From Antedon mediterranea (taxonomy: Eukaryota > Animalia > Echinodermata), in NCBI RefSeq assembly GCF_964355755.1, contig NC_092675.1, positions 14,294,912 through 14,358,911 of the forward strand: 64,000 nt of DNA, in the 5' to 3' direction. The notes under the pieces were generated by a model. That model saw nothing but the letters and a program-made list of their open reading frames with translations. It did no database searches and was not told the origin of the DNA. Every line of letters begins with the position of its first letter. Positions within the stretch are counted from its first letter, which is position 1. Position numbers and translations under genes: made by a program. Positions 12,917 through 24,450 of this stretch are shown here, piece after piece.

Positions 12917-14662
12917 ATGTTGCCATTACATTTATTTGCTATTTTACTTCAATTAATCGACGATGATAGTATTAACCAATTTGCAGCTGATATGGACAAA
13001 GAATGTGTAATTGTTTGTATGTTTTTGATAAACTTTATTCGAGCAAAACGACGACGTCAGCTTCGTCGCGAAAAATTGAGGAGAAGGCTTCTCTGGCTAA
13101 TGCTAGATGAACAAGCCGGTTTAGAGTCCATCTTTTCGTCCCATTTTCAAGTGGAAAGTGAACCGATTTATCGTAGATGGTGGGTAAAGCCTGGCGTTAG
13201 AAGTACGTTCTGGTGGGAAAATCATGTAATGACTAACTGGGATGAAGAGGAATGGTTAACAAATTTCAGGTATGTCCCTGTATTAATAAAACAGTGTAAA
13301 TATATTGTTATTATATTGTTGACCTTTCTAGTGCTAGGCCTTATCTATCTAGCTAGGCCTCTAGGCTAGATAGCGGTAGTAGGCCTACCGCCATCTCTAT
13401 CCTATCTGAATGCTAAAAAGCAGAGAATCCCGACAATACATATAGACAGGCGTAGTTTCTGTTACTATTTATTATGCTTTATTATTATTATGTAATGTTG
13501 TCTATACTGTAGTATATAGGCCTATATAATTGATGCGGGTTATTTTAAATAATGTAGTACTAAGTATAATATACTAATACAGTACCGACTACAGTAATAC
13601 TAATAGGCATACCAATATTTATTTTTTTTCAGAATGAACAAGGCTGCATTCAATTACATTGTAGAAGAGTTAAGACCACACATCACCTACAGAGATAGTA
13701 GATTGAGATCAGCTTTCTCTGTAGAAATTCGGCTAGCCCTAACATTGTACCGCTTATCAACTGGGGTTTCTTTTCGGTGCGTTTCCAATCAGTTTGGTGT
13801 CGCGAGGTCCACTTCGTGTGAGATTTTTCATGAAGTATGTCGGCAAATTGAAAGGGTGTTGATGCCAAAGTTTGTACGTGTTCCGGAAGGACAAGAGTTA
13901 CTGGTAAGTATATAAAATAATTGGTGATGTTACAATTTTGGTTTATACAGTATAAAATAAATTAATTATGTTTTTTTACAGGACATGGTTGAAAAATTCA
14001 GGATGAAGCAAGGATTCCCGCAGGTCGCTGGGGCTATTGATGGCACACACATCAAAATAACTGCACCAACTGAAAATGCCCAAGACTACTTTAATCATAA
14101 ATGGTCATATTCAGTGCTGCTACAAGGGCTAGTGGATGCAGATGGCAAATTTATGAACACTTTTTTTGGCTTGCCAGGAAGCGTACACGATGCTCGTATG
14201 TTCAACCTTTCCACATTAAGCAATAAGTTAGCGGACAACACACTTTTCAACCCAAATCCATCTTTAAATATTGAGGGAACTGCTGTGCCACTGTTAATAA
14301 TCGGAGACCCTGCATACCCATTATTACCAAATTTAATTCGCCCTTTTATTGGTAGGGGTAATCTAAATAGAGAAAAAAGGATTTTTAACTTCAAACATTC
14401 TTCCACTAGAATGACAGTTGAAAAAGCTTTCGGAAGACTCAAAGGAAGGTGGCATTTACTGTTAAAGGAAAACGAACACGAAGTTAGAAATTTACGGTCT
14501 GTGGTACAGGCATGCTGTACCTTGCATAATATTTGTGAAGCTTCAAATGTTCCTTATATGAATTATCTCAACGAAGGGGTAAATTTAGAGGACGAGGGGG
14601 AACAGATATGCAGACATAACCGTACACAATCTGGGGAAGAAATTAGGAAATTAATGCTATAG
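12917..14662 (+). CDS. Harbinger (HARBI1-like DDE) transposase, 3 exons: 12917-13269, 13633-13903, 13982-14662
   Basis: GT-AG introns give an in-frame TNFR|MNK and ELL|DMV; motifs GAIDGTHI, HDARMF, IGDPAYPL, VEKAFGRLKGRW, CCTLHNIC. Start codon uncertain; the TAG may be premature by a few codons. Confidence 0.9.
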
Positions 14663-15122
14663 TTTCTTTCTTGAAGGATTAAAACTAAATGTGTTAATCG
14701 CAGTCCTGAAAAATAACTTTTGAACATTCAAGTTCATCTGTGCTAAAAAATGTTTATTATAACTCTGATTAAAACAATCAACATGCATGCAGTTTATAAA
14801 CAAAACACTTCTAAAATCTAAAAAATATATATGTAAAAACAGTAAAAATACATAAATGTTCATAAATTAGTCTACATTATTTTGGCAAGGTTAAATAAGT
14901 TTTATATATATATATATATATATTGCATTATTTTATAAGTAGTAAATATGTGTATAATAATCAACATGCATGCAGTCTATTAACAAAACACTTCTTAAAT
15001 CTAAAAATACAAAAATGTTACTAATATTGTCCACCTAAACATGGCAAGGTTAAATCTAAAAATACAAAAATGTTACTAATATTGTCCACCTAAACATGGC
15101 AAGGTTAAATATGTTTTATATA

Positions 15123-15536
15123 TGTAGCACTCTTTATATAAATGACACAGACTGTTGTTATATTTTCTCAATGGTACTTTATTTACACTATATACAGGTA
15201 CACAGAGAGTGATTAAGTTGTAGCTATCGGTTCAAGTTATTTCCAACTTGTGTTAATCTACAAGAAGTGTTAATTACAGAACATACATGACTATTTAAGG
15301 AGTAGCCCAGTGAGGTGACTTATCAGTTCAGTGACCCTCCTTGTCCCCTCCCAAGAGCTGGTATATCCATTAAGATCACACCCAAGTAATCATTAGTAAG
15401 TTATTACCAATTCCATAGAATAAGGCAATTAATTATTAGGAGTTGACACCTTAGTGGTTACAGCCCAGGTCTATAGTCTACATTAGTTAAGTATGGAAAA
15501 CCACATGAATTCCAGGAGAGTGAGTGACCTGCTACA
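15123..15536 (-). repeat. 3' LTR of Gypsy 1
   Basis: Matches 20998-21411 with 4 substitutions seen; PPT agaaagccagggtgga adjacent on the minus strand. Confidence 0.97.
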
Positions 15537-16209
15537 TCCACCCTGGCTTTCTGAACATCGCCCTCGATGTTACATAAAAAACATAAATCTTAAGCTAAAA
15601 CAGTATAAAATATTAAAACAACTTACAAACTACAAAATTAACACAAAAATCAAATGAAAAGTACAAGCAAACTTAAGTAAGAAAAAAACATACCTTTCCA
15701 CTGCCGTATGTTCAAGCATATAAACATTAACGGAATAAGCAACACCAATATATAAGATAAAACAAACTAGAAAAATACATGTTTGTAGAGCCGTATTCAT
15801 GTCGCAGGACAACCCACTAACAGCGGCATATTGGCAAAATCAAAAGAAAGAACAAAAAAAAATTTAGCATACAAAATATAACAGGAACGAACATCTCATT
15901 CCAGAAACAAGTGCCACACTAAACCACTGACAATACAGCGTGTTCAAGGCACGTACGTATTACCCGTACATAAACATCAAAACAATCATGTTTCAAACAA
16001 ATTTAAAGCAAAATACTGTATATCAGAAAATCAATCTTAAATTATTAAAAGAGATCAAAGCAAAATAAATCAAACGTAAATAATCTAATGTTATTTATAA
16101 TACGAAATGTTTTGAGGGGCCGCTATAACATAACCTCAAGTGATAAAAGAAAAATTAAGTATAATGTAATCATGCATAAATAACAAAAATTAGCTTCAAC
16201 ATTAAAAAT

Positions 16210-17496
16210 CTATGAATCAGTAAGATGAGCTTGTTTACTCTTCCAAGATTCAAAAATTTGACGACCCTTCTTAATTTTCCAACTACGTGACTTAATAATG
16301 TGTTGGTTTACATCGATAGGGTCTTCAATAGGCAGAAACATACAAGGGGTGAGGAGATTCCTATGAAGGGTACGCTTATGAGTATCATTCTCAATTGTAT
16401 ACACAGGTAGAGTGGGGTGTTTATTAACAATAACATATGGCTTCTCTTCCCATTGGTCAGCGAGTTTCTGTTTACCAACTATAGCTTTCTTTTGAACAAG
16501 TACCCTGTCACCCATTTTAAGTACTGAATTGGTAGCTCGTTTATCATAATTATGTTTTTGCCTAGCCTTGGCTTCACTAGCTGAATTTTGGGATGTGACA
16601 TAAGCATGATTCAGTTGTTCAAGTAACTTAATTACATAATCGTCATATTGTTCCCCATCCGTCGGACCATTATTATTTACTATACCAAATAGTATATCAA
16701 CAGGTAATCTCGCGTGTCGTCCAAACATAAGATAAAAAGGGGCATAACCAGTGGTTTCGTGTTTTGTGCAATTATACGCATGAGCCATGGGACCTACATA
16801 ATCCTTCCAGTTTAGTTTCTTCTCTGCTGGTAAAGAGCCTAACATGCTTAACAATGTACGATTCCAACGTTCTGTAGTACCATTACCCATGGGGTGATAA
16901 GGGGTTGTACGTGATTTTTCAATGCCTGTTAATTTACAAATTTGTTTAATAATGGCACTTTCAAAATTACGGCCTTGGTCGGAATGGAGGCGTTTAGGAA
17001 ACCCATAATGTAAAAAGAAATTATTAATTAAAACTTTTGCTACAGTAGTTGCTGTTTGATCCTTTGTAGGGTATGCCTGAGCATATTTAGTAAAATGGTC
17101 TGTTACAACTAGAACATTTTCAAAACCACCTGCTGAACGTTCAAGTTTAAGGAAATCAATACATACCAACTCCATTGGTTCGGATGTGAAAATTGGTACT
17201 AAAGGAGCTTTAGTTTTACTTTGAGGCGTCTTACGTAAACAACAACGTTTACAACTTATACAATGTTGTTTAATATCATCAGCCATTTTAGGCCAGTAAA
17301 ACCTACTACGTATCATATCTAGAGTCCTTTCATAACCTAAATGTCCAAGTTCATCATGTAATTTTGTCAAAACAGTTGATTTATGATCAGCCGGAAGTAC
17401 AAGTTGAAAACGCGGAAAATTGTCAACAAAAGTTTTACGATAAAGTACATTGTCCTTCCATTCTAAACGATCCCATTGGCGAAGTAAAGTAAGCAC
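16210..17496 (-). pseudogene. Gypsy 1 integrase, separated from pol by a frameshift
   Basis: HDELGH...CKRC zinc finger; CIDFL, HSDQG, TERWN DDE core. Confidence 0.92.
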
Positions 17497-20018
17497 AGTT
17501 TGTGATCATTGATGCGTTCAGTATGAGTCGGACGAGATCCGCGATTAAGATATACAATGACAGGACCAATAGTTGGATCATTACATTGCATATGAACAAT
17601 TTCTGTAGGGGTGTAGAAGGAAACTGCATCACACCCTCCCTGCACATTAATGACGTCATCGCTGTTGCGACTTGAAGAATTAGCTGTGCTTCTTGTCAAT
17701 ACGTTACACTGTACAGACTTTTTCGGAGGATGAGTAAATAAACAAGAACTATGGTATCCGGACAAAACGGCTGAAACATCATTTGGGCATAAAACAGTTG
17801 AATTAGAAAAGTCATATTGTCGCGATAATGCATCAGCGGCAGCATTGCTTTTACCGGGGCGATAATGAATAGAAAAATCAAATTGGCTAAGGTCGGCTAC
17901 CCAGCGTTGGCCAATAGCATCCAATTTGGCTGAGCTTAACACATACACTAAAGGATTATTGTCTGTAAAAACCTTAAAATTTTTCCCCAGTAAGTAGTCG
18001 CGAAATTTTGATGTGACCGCCCACTTTAAAGCCAAAAATTCTAGCTTATGTGCAGGATAGCGAGTTTCTGATGGTCTAAGTCCTCGGCTAGCGTAAGCAA
18101 GGACGTGTTGTATCCCGTCATGTATTTGAGACAACACTGCTCCCAACCCTGTTCCCGATGCATCCGTTTCCAGGATAAATGGTTGCGAATAATCTGGATA
18201 AGCAAGTATCGGAGCAGTAGTTAAACGGGTCTTTAATAATGTGAATGCTTGGTCACAATCAGAAGTCCAATTAAATACAGTAAGCAATTTACGGGCATAA
18301 CTACGTTTATGTTTCTTTGTGTTACAATCCCCTGATGTGAGTGAATATAAGGGTGCTGCTAATGAAGACAAATTTGAAATAAAACGACGATAGTAACCAC
18401 AAAATCCCAAGAAACGTTGAACCTCCTTGCGATTCGTAGGTTTAGGCCAAGTCGAAACTTTAGATATTTTTTCTGGGTCGGTTGATATACCCTCTGCAGA
18501 CACAATGTGTCCCAAATAGTTAACTTTAGGTTTTAAAAATGAACACTTACTAGGTTTTACTTTCAATCCATGCAGACGAAGACGCTGGAATACCATTTCC
18601 AGTCGCTGAAGATGTTGTTCAAAAGTATTCGAAAAAACAATAATATCATCCAAATAAATCAGTAATGAAGAAAAATTTTGATCACCAAAACATGACATCA
18701 TCAATCGCTGAAAAGTTGCTGGTGCATTTTGCAATCCAAAAGGCATTCTGTTAAATTGAAAAAGTCCCATTGGCGTTGTAAAGGCAGTCTTTTGCTTATC
18801 GGCATCGGCTACCTCAACTTGCCAATAGCCACTTGTTAAGTCTAAAGTTGAAAAATATTTTGAAGAACCCAAAGCGTCCAGTGCTTCATCAATTCTAGGA
18901 ATGGGGAAAGCATCCCTAATTGTTTTGGAATTTAATTTTCGAAAGTCAACGAAAAGTCTCAACGAACCATCCTTTTTATACACAATAACCATAGGTAAAG
19001 CATATGGACTGTCGCTAGATGTAATAACATTCGCGTCTAACATTTTGTTGATTTCATCACGAACCGCAGAGTATTGGGCTGGGGGTATGCGTCGAAATGG
19101 TAATCGGAAGGGTTGATTGTCAATTAATGGAATATGGTGCTTAACGGATTTAGTATGTCCAAAGTCTTTATCGGAAGTTGAAAAAACATCGGCATACTGT
19201 TCCAAAAGGTTTTTAAGTGCAGAATGTTGTTCATTTGACGTATCAGAATTTGTTAAATCAATATTCGGTGCTTGGCTTATAACTTGCTGACTACATAAAT
19301 TATCAACACAGGCAATCTGTGTTAAATTTGCAATTGGTGTATTTTGTTTAATAAAAATAGGGGAATCAGAAACATTTAAAATTCGAACAGTTACCTTATT
19401 TCCTTCCAAAATATGTGAAATAGAGCGTCCAATTAATAGTCCATCAGGAGTACCAGAGCACATTGGCTCAACTAAAACTGTCCCACAGGAATTGCTAAAC
19501 CACTGCACAGAACATCCTACATTACTTTGTTCCCCTGGTCGTAAACGTGTAGTTTTCCGATATCTGTAGACAGCCTTTCCTAACAACGATGAATTTTCTT
19601 TTTGCGTATGATTAAAATTAGAATGTAAGCGAAGAATATTAGTGCCAATAAGAATGGGTACATTTTGTCGAAAGTCAGTTGAAGGTACTATAAAAACAGG
19701 AACAGAACAATATTTCTCACCGCTCAATTCAATATCCACAGTTGCGGTTCCCAGATGAGGCATTGATTCTCCGCTTGCAGTTAAAATTTCCAAAGAAGAT
19801 GGTTGAATTTGTACTTTGTAATCTGTGTGTCCAAAAATAGATTTCAAAGTATCGACAGTCATAGTTGTGATTTGAGAGCCACTATCAAGTAAAGACAGTC
19901 TCTCAGCTCCATTGATCTTTACCACCATGGTATTCGTTGGACCTACCAATGGTGGTATTCGCTTTACGCTGCCTACTGTTGCGGCAGCGGTCCCTCGTTT
20001 TTTGGAATCTGGGGGCAA
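17463..20018 (-). pseudogene. Gypsy 1 pol: protease, reverse transcriptase, RNase H
   Basis: LLDSGSQ; LDLTSGYWQ, MPFGL, YLDD; ETDASG, LEFLAL, TDNNPL, ADALSR. Confidence 0.95.
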
Positions 20019-20889
20019 AACCTCTTTATATGTCCTGGTTGATTACAGCCATAGCACAACCGTACCTCATGCCGGTTATCTTTTCTGATGTTTGTCAGGG
20101 CAGAAATTTGGTTTTGTAGTGTTGAAATTGACTGCTGCATTTCTGCAAACTCAGATGACGGTTGGCGAACATTTTGCACTTGGTTCGAGCCACTATCATG
20201 GTACTTTCTTTCTCAAATACCCGAACCTCACCAATTAGATGACGGAATGTCGTTAACATAGGTCTCATCGGCGCAATTCTATTGCGAAGTTAAATGTTGA
20301 CTATGCCTCGCAAAAACTGGTTTATTAAAATTCGGTCCCTGTCTGGCATTGGACCTCTGCCCATGATGGTTTCGGCTCGCCTCAATTTGGAATCCAATTC
20401 AATTGCGAATATGGATCCGCCTTCATTAGGTCCTTGGAACCGAGCATAGAAATTAGCGAGTGGGTCCCCACTGCAAATATCACCAAACTGCTGTTTTAAT
20501 TCGGCAAATGCTGTCTGGGGATTTTGCCATTCGACTGGGATGTTCAAAACCAATTTTCTTGCTGAGCCCCCTAAGTTCCTTACAATTGTTGCAAATTGTA
20601 ATGTCACTGGCATGGTACTAGCTGATAGTAAATACTCCATATCTCGAACCCAGTCCTCTATTATTATACCCCCTGTTGTTCCTGTGAATATTGGAACACT
20701 TTTCAGTTGATGCACTGGGTTGTATGGCATATACCCAGCACCCACATTATTCCGCTGAATTGGAGTATATACATTTGAAATATTATTATGACGTTCGCTT
20801 ACCCTTCGTGGTGTTGAATGTGATGGAGTCCTTTCAAAATGTGATGAAGAAGAAGTATCGTTGACCATGTCTACAATTGTGTAATCCAT
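19973..20889 (-). pseudogene. Gypsy 1 gag (PNMA-like capsid plus CCHC knuckle), disrupted near 20290
   Basis: IEDWVRDM...DRILINQFLRGI, then CYGCNQPGHIKRFC in another frame; slippery A_AAA_AAC at 19997-20003 leads -1 into pol. Confidence 0.88.
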
Positions 20890-20977
20890 TCTATCGCTAT
20901 TTTCCGTATAATGAATTAAAGAAATAAACTTGTCCGTACAATTAAAGAAACAAAATTAAAAATCTGCTGTGTCAATG

Positions 20978-20994
20978 TCTCGGTAGAACCTCCA
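20978..20994 (-). promoter_or_regulatory. Primer-binding site, tRNA-Gln type
   Basis: TGGAGGTTCTACCGAGA 3 nt inside the 5' LTR; complementary to the tRNA-Gln 3' end (TCTCGGTGGAACCTCCA) with one mismatch. Confidence 0.8.
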
Positions 20995-20997
20995 ATT

Positions 20998-21411
20998 TGT
21001 AGCACTCTTTATATAAACGACACAGACTGTTGTTATATTCTCTCAATGGTACTTTATTTACACTATATACAGGTACACAGAGAGTGATTAAGTTGTAGCT
21101 ATCGGTTCAAGTTATTTCCAACTTGTGTTAATCTACAAGAAGTGTTAATTACAGAACATACATGACTATTTAAGGAGTAGCCCAGTGAGGTGACTTATCA
21201 GTTCAGTGACCCTCCTTGTCCCCTCCCAAGAGCTGGTATATCCATTATGATCACACCCAAGTCATCATTAGTAAGTTATTACCAATTCCATAGAATAAGG
21301 CAATTAATTATTAGGAGTTGACACCTTAGTGGTTACAGCCCAGGTCTATAGTCTACATTAGTTAAGTATGGAAAACCACATGAATTCCAGGAGAGTGAGT
21401 GACCTGCTACA
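20998..21411 (-). repeat. 5' LTR of Gypsy 1
   Basis: Direct repeat of 15123-15536. Confidence 0.97.
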
Positions 21412-21542
21412 TATATATTGCATTAAATTAAAAGGCTTGAAAGATTTGAAGATAACAATTTATAGTCGTATGAAAATGATTGCAATTGTATGCATAGCAC
21501 CATAAAGAAGATATAATAAAATGTTTCACAAAAAAGTAATGT

Positions 21543-23476
21543 TTAATAATTTCCAAAATGTTGGTTATATTGGCTATATGTGGGTGGTTGGTTACTTGGT
21601 GCATATGTGGCTGGATTACTTGCCAGTAACCTTTCCATGAAAATGCCTCTGGTCCTTCTATCTTCGCTCGCATCCACCCGTCTTTGTTCGATCCCCCTTT
21701 CGAGCACGGCCGTTAAGGCCTTCATGGCCTGCTGCTCCTCAGCTCGATCTTGCCGGTCTTCTTGGCGTGACCTCTCAAAAAGGGATGACATCCGTTTCCA
21801 GTTTGCGTCTGAGGTCTCCTTCATCTTTTTACTAAGAGCGTCCACGGTTCTGTCCCTTTTTGAACTTCCTGACAATCGCCTTTTTTTTCCTAAGATAACA
21901 AAAAATGTTTAAATTATGCAAAACAATCTTGAGTTTTTTTCATCATTTGTTTATAAAACACAAGCAAGACAGATTTTAAAACAAGTATACAGTACCTGGT
22001 TTGGCACGGTTTCCAGTATCCGCTGAATCACTTAGGTGTGGATCATCTCTTTTCTCACCTTGTTCATCAGCATCTCTATCTATTTCTAGAAACGTAATCA
22101 AAATTGTTATAATGTCACAGAATATTATCACAATTTATTATTACTTGTTTTTCTTGCACTCACCATCATTATTCTGAGACAGAGAACCTTCGTCGGGAAA
22201 TACATCGTCTTCTGCATACCAATCATGTAAGCCTAAGCAAAGCAATAAAAATATAAGTTTTGCGTTGTGCTTTAAAAGTGCATTTTTAAGTACATCCATG
22301 CCAATGAACCTGGCTTTACTTACCATAAATCATTCCACGTGAAGTTTCTGATGTGCTTTCATCATCTGGAGCCTCTGATTCTATGATTAACAATAAGAAA
22401 ATATTAAGATTGTTCTATTCAAACTAATGAGCAAACTATTCTATAAAGTTATTGTACATGAAACATTTAGCACTGGAAAACCTACCATCAAGCATAGAAG
22501 AAACATCACTTGCTGGTGTTGTAGGTCGCTGTGTAATTCTTCTTCGTGGAAGAAGTACATGACCATTTCTATCTGTAAGATATACAAAATACTGTACTGT
22601 AAATTGTTGTGTTATCGGTTGTGAAGATTTTTATTGACAGAATAAAAAGCAGTTTTACATACCGACACATACTTGATGTTCATCATTACCAACAACAGGT
22701 CTTGTATTATTAATTGAAGCACGAGATGTACTTGGCGTATTTTCAAAATCTACATATGAACATGAAACAATGTTCCGATTAATTATGATAAATTAATAAA
22801 AAATAATACAGTAAAATTCAGCAGGCCTAGGTAGGGTAGCCTAGTGCTTTGTGTCTAGAGTAGTAAAAAGTTATTATTAGTTGTAATAATATAATATAGG
22901 CCTAGTGTTCTATTATTAATAGTAGGACTAGGCTAGTAGTAGCGTATGAGAAATATATAATACCCCGAAAAATGTATAAATAAAACATAGACCTACCTTC
23001 GTTGTTATTAACAGTAGTAGTATTTTGTTTAGGTGTTACAGGCCTAGATCGAACACTTGGGCTCGGCATTACCGATTGGTTGCCAGGCATGCCAACCAGC
23101 CCCTCACTGACCGTGAATGAATCTCCGATCGTTTTGGGGTTAGGGTTGATATTTGGTCTATGACCTAAAATATCATTAATGGCAAAAAATGTTCGAAACC
23201 CGTACTTGCACTGGCTCCAGATTTATTCACTCGATCTTTCGCCGCTTTATACAACGACCGCAACCCCTTCAATTTTGTTTGGATATGGAATCCTTCTTTA
23301 CGAGGATGGCCCATCTCTGCTAACTTGTCCGCCATCTCGTTGAACACAGACATCTTGTTGCCGGTGCTTGTACGCCAGTTTTTTACTTCTAACCGATCTC
23401 TGAACTCAGGGCTTCCCCACAATGCAATAAGGTCTTTTACCTCGGGTTCTCGCCAATGCGCACGCTTCGATGACAT
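21543..23476 (-). pseudogene. Harbinger 1 Myb/SANT-like (trihelix) DNA-binding protein, ~7 exons, one frameshift near 23185
   Basis: HWREPEVKDLIALWG...FNEMADKLAEMGH...IQTKLKGLRSLYK; small GT-AG exons at about 22673-22749, 22485-22572, 22325-22381, 22145-22231 and 21996-22086; charged helical last exon 21543-21889. Confidence 0.85.
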
Positions 23477-24450
23477 TTTAAAATAGATTTAATAATAATA
23501 CTGTAAAGTGTATTTAAAAGATTTGATTTTTTCGCGCGTTCACCGATCACAACAAATGGATCAGCTTGGCTATACGATGAGGAGCACATGGTACGTTGTG
23601 ACGTGGCGAATATTGTAATTTGATTGGCTAGATATCTAACCTAGGTCATATTCATCGATGCGTGACTTTCGTATTGTAAGCGACGTCCACTAAACTCATA
23701 CCTTGAGCTTTCGTAGCGTACGAAATATCAGTGTCGTACGAGGTGACTTCCACTAATCTTTTCCTGGTTCAGACCTATGGACTTGTACGCCGCGTACAAT
23801 ACGAAAGCATAACTCCGTAGGTCTGAACAGGCCCTAAGGAGAATTGGTATTTTACACAAGGTTACCGTACTAATAAATTAAACTTAAAAGACTAGGCGAC
23901 ATATTTATAAAAACAGGTGTCCCTATCAAATAGATCAGATTCACTATACATAGTATAACAAACTGGACATGTATCATTGATGTTACAGCAACTCGCTAGC
24001 ATCAGTCAGATTTTATTTTCCCACCCAACCATCCCCATCATCATCCCATCTTACTATTATGGTGCTACTTAGCTAGTCGTTCAATTGGGCTGGTATAATT
24101 CTTGACAAATTATCTCGCCCCCAATAAAATATTATATTCCACGTACTCGGTACTAATAATTTACCGACACTCAGTGAAATTCACCTGTGTCCTACTCAGG
24201 TCTCATAAAATATCCGTAACACAACGAACTAGTATGACAAGAGTAGCCCCCGAAATAGCCAAATAACAATTAAGAATTAAATTATTTAAGGTGTGTAGAT
24301 CACAGTAGTAGCATAAATATATAATAATAAATAAGCAATAATTACTAAGGTATTTTGTTATTGAGAGTAAGGTACCACGGCAGTGGCTGGTATTAAATAT
24401 ATAATAAATGTTAACCGATGTATTACTGTACTTATATGGTGTTGTGTATA

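Larger units (their letters stand above)
15123..21411 (-). mobile_element. Ty3/Gypsy LTR retrotransposon 1, full length but frameshifted
   Basis: 414-bp LTRs TGTAG...CTACA, TATA TSD, PBS and PPT, domain order gag-PR-RT-RH-IN. Confidence 0.97.
12682..23834 (+). mobile_element. PIF/Harbinger transposon 1 (two convergent genes) with nested Gypsy
   Basis: 36-bp TIR ggg(ta/cc)tgttcagacctacggagttatgctttcgtat; TAA TSD at 12679-12681 and 23835-23837; transposase plus Myb/SANT gene. Confidence 0.95.
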
